A DNA stretch of 64,000 nucleotides from an uncultured Hyphomicrobiaceae bacterium (GTDB taxonomy: Bacteria > Pseudomonadota > Alphaproteobacteria > Rhizobiales > CAMYJA01). The position numbers and the translations under genes are program-made. The stretch is from NCBI GenBank assembly GCA_947258705.1, contig CAMYJA010000001.1, forward strand, positions 31,128-95,127, read 5' to 3'. Positions 51,642 through 60,951 of this stretch are shown piece after piece. The notes beneath the pieces are model-generated. The model had not been told where the DNA came from. It ran no database searches and saw only the letters and a list, made by a program, of their open reading frames with translations. Position 1 is the first letter of the stretch. Every line of letters starts with the position of its first letter.

Positions 51642-52463
51642 ATGAATTCCAAAACTCTCAATGAAGACCTTGATCTATTGAGACGAGCGGCCCGTAAGGC
51701 CGGAGCCACGGCGCTACAATATTATGGAGCTTCTCCAAAAACCGAACAGAAGAAAGACGGCACCGAGGTGAGCGAAGCTGATCACGCGGCAAATGACTGC
51801 CTGCAAAATATGTTGTGTGGCGAGCGTCCCGATTATGGCTGGTTGTCTGAAGAAACAATTGATGATTTAACACGCCTCACGAAAAAACATGTCTGGATCG
51901 TCGACCCGATCGATGGAACGCGAGCTTTCCTTCAGCACAAACCGGAATGGACTGTATCGGCCGCTCTCGTCACTGATGGCGAAGCGCAAATCGGAGTTGT
52001 CTTCAATCCGGTAAAAAACGAGTGGTTCGAAGCTAGGAAAGGTGAAGGTGCAACACTGAACGGAAATAGGATATCCGCCTCGGAAAGAAGTGAGATTGAA
52101 AATGCGTGTTTTGTCGGCTCGAAGCGTTTATTGAGCAGCAGACGCTGGTCCGCATCCTGGCCGCAGGTCAACGCCTTCTGGGCCAACTCAATCGCCTATC
52201 GCCTCGCATTGGTTGCAGCCGCAAAAGCCGATGCCACATTGACACATACGCCAAAAAGCGAATGGGACATGGCGGCCTCCGCCCTCATCGTCGAGGAAGC
52301 AGGGGGTAAGGTCTCAACCTTCGATGGCGATAGACTCATCTTCAACCGCGAGCAAACGAGATTTCCGAATATCGTGGCATCGGGCGCTCAACTGCATCCT
52401 TTGCTGCTCGAACGGACAAGACAATTTCAATCAGATACGCACAATGTCGGATATCATTTATGA
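51642..52463 (+). CDS. Inositol monophosphatase-family phosphatase (CysQ/3'(2'),5'-bisphosphate nucleotidase-like)
   Basis: 'WLSEE' and 'WIVDPIDGTRAF' metal-binding motifs, with 'WDMAASALIVEEAGG'. Confidence 0.85.
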   Translation: MNSKTLNEDLDLLRRAARKAGATALQYYGASPKTEQKKDGTEVSEADHAANDCLQNMLCGERPDYGWLSEETIDDLTRLTKKHVWIVDPIDGTRAFLQHKPEWTVSAALVTDGEAQIGVVFNPVKNEWFEARKGEGATLNGNRISASERSEIENACFVGSKRLLSSRRWSASWPQVNAFWANSIAYRLALVAAAKADATLTHTPKSEWDMAASALIVEEAGGKVSTFDGDRLIFNREQTRFPNIVASGAQLHPLLLERTRQFQSDTHNVGYHL

Positions 52464-52726
52464 GCATACCAGATCGATCCGGGCGCGAAACGCCTGAAAC
52501 CAGGAACCCTGAACAACTTCTCCATCTCGTGTTTGGCGGTGAGCTAGACACCCTCGATGGCATCAGTTTTCGAGATCTCGAAAAGCTTGATATTGTCGGA
52601 ATCTACCCGAATTACAACGAAGCTTACGACGCCTGGAAAACAAAGGCTCAACAATCCGTTGACAATGCGCATCAACGCTATTTTATCGTCCATATTCACC
52701 GATTGATGGATCCTGAAAACCAGTAA
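52460..52726 (+). CDS. DUF4170-family protein
   Basis: 88 aa, 'LLHLVFGGEL...DIVGIYPNYNEAYDAWKTKAQQSVDNAHQRYFIVHIHRL' follows the DUF4170 pattern as I remember it. ATGA overlap with the upstream phosphatase gene. Confidence 0.7.
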   Translation: MSIPDRSGRETPETRNPEQLLHLVFGGELDTLDGISFRDLEKLDIVGIYPNYNEAYDAWKTKAQQSVDNAHQRYFIVHIHRLMDPENQ

Positions 52727-52887
52727 TGAGCATTCGTTTGAGATATCGGTCGGTCCGGCATTCAATGCACGAACACACAACGCACCCTGCTAATAAAGAT
52801 GAGTCCGAACCGCATTTTTGCTAGATTGATCTCTATGCAACCACCTTACGTGGCGATTAACAAATTGGGCTTGTAGAAGGCTGAACT

Positions 52888-54738
52888 TTGCAGAAAATAA
52901 CCAAAGACAACATTTTCGGCGATGCGGACAAAATCGCGCGTCGAGATGACAGCCTGCAAACCGATTATACCACCCGTCAGGTTGTCGAGCGCATTTGGGT
53001 AGATCATTTCCGTCCACGCTGGCGACTCATGGCTCTCACCGGTTTTGCCATGGCTGTCTCCGCAGGCACAACAGGCGCAGTTCCCCTCATTATTCAGCGC
53101 GCCGCCGACGAAATATTCGTCAACCAGAACAAGGAAATGATCCTGACGGTCACCATAGCCGCCATCGTCATAACCATTCTGAAAACAATATCCGAATATG
53201 TCTCGGGTGTTGCCGTGGGATATCTTGGATTGCGTTTTATTGCCGATCTGCGCATCAAGATGTTCAAGCGTCTTGCCCACGCTGATCTGGGCTGGATTGA
53301 AGACGTGCATTCCGGTCGGTTTGTCGCGGGCTTTTTAAACGACGCCAATCTGATCCGTCAAACCGCCAGCCGCACGCTCGTCGCACTGGGTGAAAACGCA
53401 TTTAAAGTCATTGTACTTCTTGGCAGCATGTTCTGGCTGGATTGGCGGCTGGCTTCGATTGTCATGATGATGATGCCGATCGGTATCCTTCTTCTTGGGC
53501 GTCAACGCAGAAAAATGCGCAAATCGACCAAAAAGTCCCTGCAGGAGACCGGCGATCTTTCGGCACTGATTTCACAAACCCTGCGCAGCATTCGCGTGGT
53601 CCGGGCGTATGGCCAGGAAAAACAGGAAATTAAACGCGCGACCGGCGTTATCAATCGCGCTATGGAATTCACCATGCGTGGCGCCCGCGCCCGGGCGCTC
53701 GCCAATCCCATCGCCGAACTTCTCACCGGCATCGGTTTTGCCGGTGCAATTTATTATGCTGGCACACAAGGCCTTTCGGGTGACATATCTCTTGGTCATT
53801 TCACGGGCTTTATGGCGGCTGCGATGCTCATTTATCAACCTCTCCGCAGCCTTGCCACATTGCAAACCGTTCTTCAGGAAGGGGTGGCTGCGTCAAGCCG
53901 CGTTTTCGGAATTATCGACCGGACCATCGAACTCAGGGACGAACCCGGAGCCACATCCCTTGTGCTTAAAAATGGCGAGATAAAATTTGAAAATGTCTCA
54001 TTCGCCTATGAACCCGGAAAACCCGTTTTGGATAACTTCTCGGTGACAATTCCAGCCGGCAAAACCGTCGCGCTGGTCGGCCCATCCGGCTCCGGCAAGA
54101 GCACTATACTCAATCTCGTTCTGCGTTTCTTCGATCCTCAGAAAGGTCGCATCCTGATCGATGGCCAGGATCTCCGACATGTCCAGATCGAAAGCCTAAG
54201 GCGATCAACCGCACTCGTTACCCAGGAGCCCATTCTCTTTGATGATACAATCAAGGAGAATATCGCCTATGGAACGTCAGATGCGGATATGGCCGCAATC
54301 AAGAAAGCCGCGCAATCCGCTGCGGCTCATGATTTTATTGAGGCAATGCCCCAGGGCTATGACTCCAATGCCGGTGAAGCCGGTAATGTATTCTCAGGCG
54401 GCGAGCGCCAGAGGATCGCCATCGCCCGGGCAATTTTAAAGGATGCCCCCATACTCCTGCTTGACGAACCGACGAGTTCACTGGACTCCCATGCAGAGAA
54501 AAAGGTGCAGGACGCACTGCACGGATTGATGGAGGGGCGAACCGTTCTGATGATTGCACATCGCCTGTCCACGATACAGAATGCCGATCTCATTCTGGTA
54601 ATGAGCAACGGTCATCTCGCAGAGCAAGGAACCCATCAGGAATTACTGGAGAGCAATGGCATCTATGCCAGCCTGTTCAGGTCCCAATTCATGGGTATTG
54701 AAAGTTCAGTACATCCTGACAGTGCATCCGTCACATAG
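52888..54738 (+). CDS. ABC exporter, fused permease/ATPase (MsbA-like)
   Basis: 616 aa. Six-helix TMD followed by an NBD with Walker A 'GPSGSGKST', signature 'FSGGERQRIAIARA', Walker B 'ILLLDEPTSSLD' and H-loop 'IAHRLST'. TTG start. Confidence 0.9.
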   Translation: MQKITKDNIFGDADKIARRDDSLQTDYTTRQVVERIWVDHFRPRWRLMALTGFAMAVSAGTTGAVPLIIQRAADEIFVNQNKEMILTVTIAAIVITILKTISEYVSGVAVGYLGLRFIADLRIKMFKRLAHADLGWIEDVHSGRFVAGFLNDANLIRQTASRTLVALGENAFKVIVLLGSMFWLDWRLASIVMMMMPIGILLLGRQRRKMRKSTKKSLQETGDLSALISQTLRSIRVVRAYGQEKQEIKRATGVINRAMEFTMRGARARALANPIAELLTGIGFAGAIYYAGTQGLSGDISLGHFTGFMAAAMLIYQPLRSLATLQTVLQEGVAASSRVFGIIDRTIELRDEPGATSLVLKNGEIKFENVSFAYEPGKPVLDNFSVTIPAGKTVALVGPSGSGKSTILNLVLRFFDPQKGRILIDGQDLRHVQIESLRRSTALVTQEPILFDDTIKENIAYGTSDADMAAIKKAAQSAAAHDFIEAMPQGYDSNAGEAGNVFSGGERQRIAIARAILKDAPILLLDEPTSSLDSHAEKKVQDALHGLMEGRTVLMIAHRLSTIQNADLILVMSNGHLAEQGTHQELLESNGIYASLFRSQFMGIESSVHPDSASVT

Positions 54739-54787
54739 TGTCGGTCATTCAATATCGGCCAAACCACCTTATCTGGTTCCTCGCCCT

Positions 54788-55597
54788 CTACTCCCGGCGT
54801 AAAACCTTGTTCACCAGAACGTTTGTGAGAGAGCCTGCCTTGAATTCACGTTCAAGCTCGACAGGATCGTAAATCTCGTCAACCCATGTGAGAAAATCGA
54901 CCGGCGTTTGGGTATTTCGCTCGATATATCGCTCAAAAACATAATCTAGAATACCGGTATCGGATTTTTTGAAATGACCGAATTTGACATCGAGCTGGCC
55001 TGCGGCATCGGCCATAGGCACACCTTCCTTGAAATGCATGAATAATACGGAAGCTAGTCCGGCTCTGTCTGCTCCCGATTTACAATGCATCAGTATTGGA
55101 TATTCAACCTGCTCAAAAAGCGCCTTAGCCTCGTGAAATTTTTCACGTGGCGGCGCAGCGCGAGATTTGAGATCGAAATTGACCAGTGAAAGACCATGGC
55201 GCAAACACGCCTCCTGCTCCAGTCTGAAGCCTCCGCATTCACGATCACCCCTGAGATTGAGGACTGTTTTGACGCCACGGCGCGCCATTTGAGCAATCTG
55301 ATGCGGGGCAGGCTGGCTGGAACGCCAGGCAGTGCCGGTAATCTGATGCCGATTGCTGTAAACAAGCCTGAAAATCCCGTGATCGACAATCAGCATGTCA
55401 AAATAGTCATATGCGCGAAAAAGCGTGTTCTGAACCCAACGCGGGGAACGCTCGTAAGCGCTCTGGCGCCGGGCGGCAAACCGCTCCCGGCTAGCGCGAC
55501 GCGCACGGCGGATCCTTTTCTTCAACGGTGGTCTTTCAGGCAATATCTCCACCTCTGATCCCATCTGAGAAAAACCTTCCAAAAACCGGGCGCACAT
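54788..55597 (-). CDS. CX5R protein-tyrosine/dual-specificity-phosphatase-like protein
   Basis: Active-site loop 'HCKSGADRAG' (C-x5-R) preceded by 'RSSQP..HQIAQMARRGVKTVLNLR'. Basic N-terminal region. Confidence 0.72.
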   Translation of the reverse strand: MCARFLEGFSQMGSEVEILPERPPLKKRIRRARRASRERFAARRQSAYERSPRWVQNTLFRAYDYFDMLIVDHGIFRLVYSNRHQITGTAWRSSQPAPHQIAQMARRGVKTVLNLRGDRECGGFRLEQEACLRHGLSLVNFDLKSRAAPPREKFHEAKALFEQVEYPILMHCKSGADRAGLASVLFMHFKEGVPMADAAGQLDVKFGHFKKSDTGILDYVFERYIERNTQTPVDFLTWVDEIYDPVELEREFKAGSLTNVLVNKVLRRE

Positions 55598-55827
55598 GGA
55601 TTTCAGGATAGAGTGCGCACTTTATCCCTATTATACCCAACCTCGGCGGCAACTCTTAAATAATACTATTCAAGCGGCTTTTGAATTCGGGTGATATCCG
55701 CTATAGAGATGCACATCAACAGGGCATTACCCACCGATAAAGTTTTTGCCATAGCAACGATGGCCGGGACAGAAAAAATCCCGACATAATTTGTCCGGTT
55801 TAATTGAGATTTGAAGCGCCCACCCGT

Positions 55828-57846
55828 ATGGCAAAAAGCGATAAAATCAAATCAATTCTTAATCGGTTGCTCAGTAGCGTCCTTGCGGGCTACCTGAAAC
55901 TCGTCTTCAAGACCGCCCGCAAAATTACCGAACCTGATGATTATCCCGAACTATTTTGGGCAAACCATCCTTTCATATGCAGCATGTGGCATGGCCAGTT
56001 TCTTATGCTGCCCCCTTTAAAACCAACTAATCTCCGCACCAACATTATGGTCGCTAAACACCGCGACGGCGATGTCATTGGCGGCACGATCGAGCGTTTC
56101 GGCATGAAACTGATCCGCGGTGGTGGATCGGGCCACCGCAAACGCGACCGTGGCGGCATGCGGGCCTTGAGAGAATCTGTGCGCACTCTACAGAATGGCA
56201 TTACAATCGGCATGACCGCAGACGTGCCGCCCGGACCCGCGCGGAAGGCAGGTCTTGGAATCATAACGATTGCGCGTATTTCCGGACGTCCGATCTTGCC
56301 GGTGGCCACCGCGACCAGCCGCTTTCACGCATTCGACACGTGGAGCCGCATGACGCTCAATCTGCCATTTTCCACTCTCTCATTCGTTGTCGGTGATCCT
56401 ATCCATGTACCGCGTGATGCATCGCCCGAAGAACAGGAGCGCCTGCGCCATCTCCTTGAAGATAGAATGAATATTGCGACAGAACGTGCTTATGAACTGG
56501 TCGGTCGCAGCACGGCAGACATACGCCCATACACCATGGCGCCGACAGAAATGGGTGGCGCTATCGCACGCCCCCCGGTCAGCCTGCCGTTGAAATTTTA
56601 CCGTCACGCAACCAATGCGCTCAGTTTTACCGCGCCAATAATACTGAAAATACGTGAAGGGCGGCACAGAGAAGATCCTGCTCGCAGGAACGAACGATTG
56701 GGCAGGCCCTATATTCATAGACCGAAGGGCAGGCTCATCTGGTTTCATGCAGCCAGCGTCGGTGAAACAAATGCCATTTTGCCGATCCTGCCTGAAATCG
56801 AGAGCAGAAGACCCGATACCAGGATTTTATTGACCACGGGCACGGTCACATCCGCCACATTGGCGCAATCGCGTTTGAGCGAAAATGCAATCCATCAATA
56901 TGTCCCGCTCGATGCCCAGAAATTTGTCAGATCCTTTCTCAATCACTGGAAACCTGATCTGGCCGTGTTTGCCGAGTCGGAGATCTGGCCCAATCTCGTT
57001 CTTGAAACCTCCTCGGCCGACATACCTCTTCTGCTCGTCAACGCCCGCATGTCGAAAAAAACTTACCGCAACTGGAAGCGCTACGGCATAGTGAGCCGCC
57101 CTCTCTTCTCGAGGCTGGACGTTGTTCTTGCCCAGTCCAAGAGAATTTCGGACTGGTATTCCTTCCTCGGCTCCCCCAGCGTAAGCACCATCGGCAATCT
57201 CAAGATCGACGCTCCGCCACCGCCAATTGACAATGAAAAACTTGTAAAGCTCAAAGAAGCTATATCGGGACGACCGGTATTTCTCGCGGCGAGCACGCAT
57301 CCCGGTGAAGATGAAATCATCGCCACAGCCCATAAATTAATTTCGCGCGCGGTGCCTGATATTCTTACCATTGTCGCCCCACGGCATCCTGAGCGCGGCA
57401 TATCAATCTCCGAAGCATTTGGTGAAATCGGCTTAACGACGGCCTTGCGCTCCGAGAACGAATTGCCCGCATCTCATCATGACATCTACATTGCCGACAC
57501 GATCGGCGAACTGGGGATATTATATTCTCTCGCGCCTTTGGCGTTTATCGGAGGCTCCCTGATCCCTCATGGGGGACAAAATCCCGTCGAGGCAGTCAAA
57601 CTCGATACGGCAACTCTCACAGGACCTCACAGAAATAATTTTGCCGACATTTACAACACATTGTTGAAATGCGGTGGTGCAGTCGAAGTCAAATCTGCCG
57701 AAGACATCTCGGAAATCGCCATTAAGCTGTTACAAAACCCCTCTGAGATCAGTGCCATGAAAAAGGGAGCCCTGGAGGGGCTTGCAGAACTCACCGGTGC
57801 TTTGGAAGAAACTGTTGAAACAATATTATCCCATCTGGATCGCTGA
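55828..57846 (+). CDS. waaA: Fusion protein: DUF374 (lysophospholipid-acyltransferase-like) domain plus 3-deoxy-D-manno-octulosonic acid transferase (KdtA/WaaA)
   Basis: One uninterrupted frame. The N-terminal ~235 aa ('FICSMWHGQFLMLPP...VAKHRDGDVIGG...GMTADVPPGPARKAG') is DUF374-like. The remaining ~435 aa is KdtA ('EDPARRNERLGRP...LIWFHAASVGE', 'GGSLIPHGGQNPVEA'). Confidence 0.85.
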   Translation: MAKSDKIKSILNRLLSSVLAGYLKLVFKTARKITEPDDYPELFWANHPFICSMWHGQFLMLPPLKPTNLRTNIMVAKHRDGDVIGGTIERFGMKLIRGGGSGHRKRDRGGMRALRESVRTLQNGITIGMTADVPPGPARKAGLGIITIARISGRPILPVATATSRFHAFDTWSRMTLNLPFSTLSFVVGDPIHVPRDASPEEQERLRHLLEDRMNIATERAYELVGRSTADIRPYTMAPTEMGGAIARPPVSLPLKFYRHATNALSFTAPIILKIREGRHREDPARRNERLGRPYIHRPKGRLIWFHAASVGETNAILPILPEIESRRPDTRILLTTGTVTSATLAQSRLSENAIHQYVPLDAQKFVRSFLNHWKPDLAVFAESEIWPNLVLETSSADIPLLLVNARMSKKTYRNWKRYGIVSRPLFSRLDVVLAQSKRISDWYSFLGSPSVSTIGNLKIDAPPPPIDNEKLVKLKEAISGRPVFLAASTHPGEDEIIATAHKLISRAVPDILTIVAPRHPERGISISEAFGEIGLTTALRSENELPASHHDIYIADTIGELGILYSLAPLAFIGGSLIPHGGQNPVEAVKLDTATLTGPHRNNFADIYNTLLKCGGAVEVKSAEDISEIAIKLLQNPSEISAMKKGALEGLAELTGALEETVETILSHLDR

Positions 57847-57854
57847 AAGGACTA

Positions 57855-58892
57855 ATGTTGTTGCGTCTTGAAACACCCTCATGGTGGTATATGCGGGAAC
57901 CGACTTCAATGGCGAAGGCTCTCAAGCCCATATCCTGGCTTTGGGGGACGATAGCCGCTTCCCGCATGTCCATAAAAAGCCGGCATCATTCAAACCTGCC
58001 GGTTCTCTGCCTCGGGAATTTCACCATGGGTGGGGCGGGCAAAACACCTGCCGCTATTCACACAGCCAACATTCTGACGTCCCTCGGCGAAAAACCCGCT
58101 TTTTTAACACGAGGATATGGCGGCCGGATATCCGGACCTTATCGCGTCGATCCCGAAAGAGATACGGCCCACCAGGTTGGCGACGAAGCGCTTCTACTGG
58201 CGCGCCACGCACCGACATTCGTTGCGCGCAACCGCGTCGCCGGAGCAAAGATGATCGAGCAAAGCGATGCGACGATTATCATTATGGATGACGGATTTCA
58301 GAACAACAGCCTGCACAAGGATTTATCCCTTGTGGTCGTTGATGGTGATGTGGGTATCGGCAATGGTATGACAGTACCTTCCGGTCCTCTCCGTGCCCCA
58401 TTCGATAATCAATTAACTTTTTGCGATGCCATCATAATCATTTCGAAAGATGGAGAGGATAACGAAAATATTCGTACCCTGCGCCAATCCTTCGGCGGCC
58501 CTGTCATATATGCGGATATCGTGCCCGATGATGACGTCTCCTGGTTGCAAACGTCACGGATTATCGCCTTCGCCGGCATAGGGCGGCCTGAGAAGTTCTT
58601 CCAGACCGTTCGTGGTTGCACACAAAATCTCATCGACTGCATACCTTTCCCCGATCACCACAGATTCACCGAGGATAATGCGCGAGAACTGCTGGGGCGG
58701 GCATTCGGAGAGGATGCGATTCTACTGACGACAGAAAAGGACTGGGTGCGGCTGGCCGATGATAAACCGGCCATAAGCGAATTGCGAGAAAGCGCCCGTA
58801 CATTGCCTATCAGGTTGCAGTTTGAGAAAGAGGGGCAGCTGCTGCTCGAAAAACTCGTCGATGTCGCATTATCGACCCGGCAAGACTTATGA
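57855..58892 (+). CDS. lpxK: Tetraacyldisaccharide 4'-kinase
   Basis: 'ETPSWWY' N-terminus, P-loop 'GNFTMGGAGKTP', 'LTRGYGG' and 'IIMDDGFQN'. Confidence 0.9.
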   Translation: MLLRLETPSWWYMREPTSMAKALKPISWLWGTIAASRMSIKSRHHSNLPVLCLGNFTMGGAGKTPAAIHTANILTSLGEKPAFLTRGYGGRISGPYRVDPERDTAHQVGDEALLLARHAPTFVARNRVAGAKMIEQSDATIIIMDDGFQNNSLHKDLSLVVVDGDVGIGNGMTVPSGPLRAPFDNQLTFCDAIIIISKDGEDNENIRTLRQSFGGPVIYADIVPDDDVSWLQTSRIIAFAGIGRPEKFFQTVRGCTQNLIDCIPFPDHHRFTEDNARELLGRAFGEDAILLTTEKDWVRLADDKPAISELRESARTLPIRLQFEKEGQLLLEKLVDVALSTRQDL

Positions 58893-58911
58893 AGTCTCTC
58901 TAGCTATTGAT

Positions 58912-59145
58912 TTAGGCCTTCTCCGCTGCGCTGCGCACCTCGAGATAACGCTTTAACGAAACCTCAGCACTCGAATAGGCTTCCTGCAGATCGACACTCC
59001 AATAGCGTAATTCTTCAAGCGGGATGGGCACGTCGGTAACCGCACAGCGAACATAGTCCCCCGGAACGACTATTCGGAAATCGCCACCGCCATATTCGAG
59101 CTGGGCTTCATTCCGTAGATTGAGAATTTTCTCAAATCTGTTCAT
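58912..59145 (-). CDS. DUF2093-family protein
   Basis: 77 aa. 'GDYVRCAVTDVPIPLEELRYWSVDLQEAY' matches the DUF2093 core as I remember it. Confidence 0.6.
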   Translation of the reverse strand: MNRFEKILNLRNEAQLEYGGGDFRIVVPGDYVRCAVTDVPIPLEELRYWSVDLQEAYSSAEVSLKRYLEVRSAAEKA

Positions 59146-59244
59146 TTATTGTCTCATAAAAATTGTCCGCTTTGGCTAACACCTGATTAGATAGTCAATA
59201 GTGGTGAAATATTCCAGCCAAAACACCAAGCGCTGTTAAGGACT

Positions 59245-60795
59245 TCAGAATAGAGACCCTTGCCCGCTATCCTTTGCCGAAGATTTGCGCGCTCGCAATT
59301 TACGCGATCGCCTGGGCTTCACCGATGCATGATCGTCGCTGCTCGGCGTATTGTCGGGCCCAGCTCCGTTCTTTTTCGGTACCGCCGCCACATGCCCGTC
59401 CGCAAACTCGATATCGATTGCAGGCGCATGTGCAGCAATTTCTGCGCTGCGGACCATGTTTCCCCCTTCGTCACGGATGATCGTGAACCCCCGGGATAGC
59501 ACGCTATGATGGCCAAGAGAGTTCAACAATTGTTCGAGCGAAATCAAAACCTGTCGTTCACGTCCCACATTATGTTGAAAGGCCTGCATATTTCTCAGGC
59601 CAAGCGAGTGCAACTCCTGCCCCATTGCGGTGAATCTGGACCTAAGTGGTTGCGCACTTAACCGGCCTCGAATGGCGCCGAACCGTCCGGCATGTCCCTG
59701 ATTATTGGAATACAAACCACGGGGAAGCCGGTTTGCCAGCTCGTCGCAACGCTGCCTCGGCAGCGCAAGAATATCCTGCATGCGCGGCAATCCACGTTGC
59801 GCGCTTATCAAATGCGTCTTGAACTCCTCTAAGGCTCGATAGATGACCCTTTTCAGCCTCTCGGAAAATCCGCTTACACGCTCGATAAGGTCGGTATATT
59901 TCGGCACCGCCCATTCTGCTGCCTTCGTTGGCGTAGGGGCCCGGGCATCCGCAGCCAGGTCGATCAAAGTCCAATCCGTTTCATGGCCGACGGCTGATAT
60001 CAGAGGAATTTTGCTCGCGGCCACCGCCCGGACGACCACTTCCTCGTTAAATCCCCAAAGATCCTCAAGGCTGCCGCCACCCCGCGCAACGATCAGAACG
60101 TCCGGTCGTGGAACGGCGCCATCCGGCTTCAAGGCATTAAATCCCGCAATAGCTTTCGCAACCTCCGCTGCCGATGTTTCGCCTTGCACCCTTACCGGCC
60201 ATAGCAGCACGCGCACCGGAAAACGCTCGGCAAAACCGTGCATCATATCGCGAATCACAGCCCCCGTAGGCGATGTCACCACCCCGACCACCCGAGGCAG
60301 AAACGGCAGCTCGATCTTCCGCTCTTCAGCAAACAGCCCTTCCTCGGTAAGCTTTTTCCTTCGTTCTTCCAGGAGGGCCATCAGCGCGCCGACACCGGCA
60401 GGTTCGAGCGATTCAATGACAATCTGGTATTTCGAACTTCCCGGATACGTTGAAATCCGGCCGGTGGCGATAACCTCAAGTCCCTCTTCCGGCTTGAACT
60501 TCAACTTTTGAAACACGCCACGCCAAACCACCGCATCGATGCGGGCCTTGTCATCCTTGATGGTAAAATAGCAATGACCAGAGGAATGAGGCCCCCGGTA
60601 GCCGGAAATCTCTCCGCGCAGCCGGACATGACCAAAGCTATGCTCAACCGTTCTTTTGATCGCGTTTGCAAGCTCCGTCACAGTGAACTCTTTTACGTTC
60701 CCTGCGCGACCGCGATCGGAATTATTATCGGTCAAATTCACACACTCCTGGCTAAGTCCATTGGCAAACGAGCCGACATGGGCAAATATAAGCAT
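59245..60795 (-). CDS. xseA: Exodeoxyribonuclease VII large subunit
   Basis: OB-fold N-terminus 'EFTVTELANAIKRTVE..FGHVRLRGEISGYRGPHSSGHCYFTIKDD', 'GVVTSPTGAVIRD' and 'ARGGGSLEDLWGFNEE'. Basic Ser/Lys/Arg C-terminal tail. The true start is probably downstream of 60795. Confidence 0.9.
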   Translation of the reverse strand: MLIFAHVGSFANGLSQECVNLTDNNSDRGRAGNVKEFTVTELANAIKRTVEHSFGHVRLRGEISGYRGPHSSGHCYFTIKDDKARIDAVVWRGVFQKLKFKPEEGLEVIATGRISTYPGSSKYQIVIESLEPAGVGALMALLEERRKKLTEEGLFAEERKIELPFLPRVVGVVTSPTGAVIRDMMHGFAERFPVRVLLWPVRVQGETSAAEVAKAIAGFNALKPDGAVPRPDVLIVARGGGSLEDLWGFNEEVVVRAVAASKIPLISAVGHETDWTLIDLAADARAPTPTKAAEWAVPKYTDLIERVSGFSERLKRVIYRALEEFKTHLISAQRGLPRMQDILALPRQRCDELANRLPRGLYSNNQGHAGRFGAIRGRLSAQPLRSRFTAMGQELHSLGLRNMQAFQHNVGRERQVLISLEQLLNSLGHHSVLSRGFTIIRDEGGNMVRSAEIAAHAPAIDIEFADGHVAAVPKKNGAGPDNTPSSDDHASVKPRRSRKLRARKSSAKDSGQGSLF

Positions 60796-60951
60796 TGCGT
60801 GATTTAGGCAGTTTTTCCACCGGAGCCAATCCCTGAAAGGCGCACAACATGTTCGATATGGTGGATAAATCGTACGCAGGCTTATGGAATTATGGCTGGC
60901 CTGATATTACGGGCTGAAACATACCACGTTTTTGGCAAGGAAGGCCCTGAA

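Noticed and set aside
60858-60866. DnaA-box-like GGTGGATAA (8/9 to TGTGGATAA) between xseA and purD, plus scattered 7/9 matches elsewhere
   Set aside because: These are isolated single sites with no cluster, no AT-rich unwinding element and no dnaA/hemE-type context, so this is not an origin.
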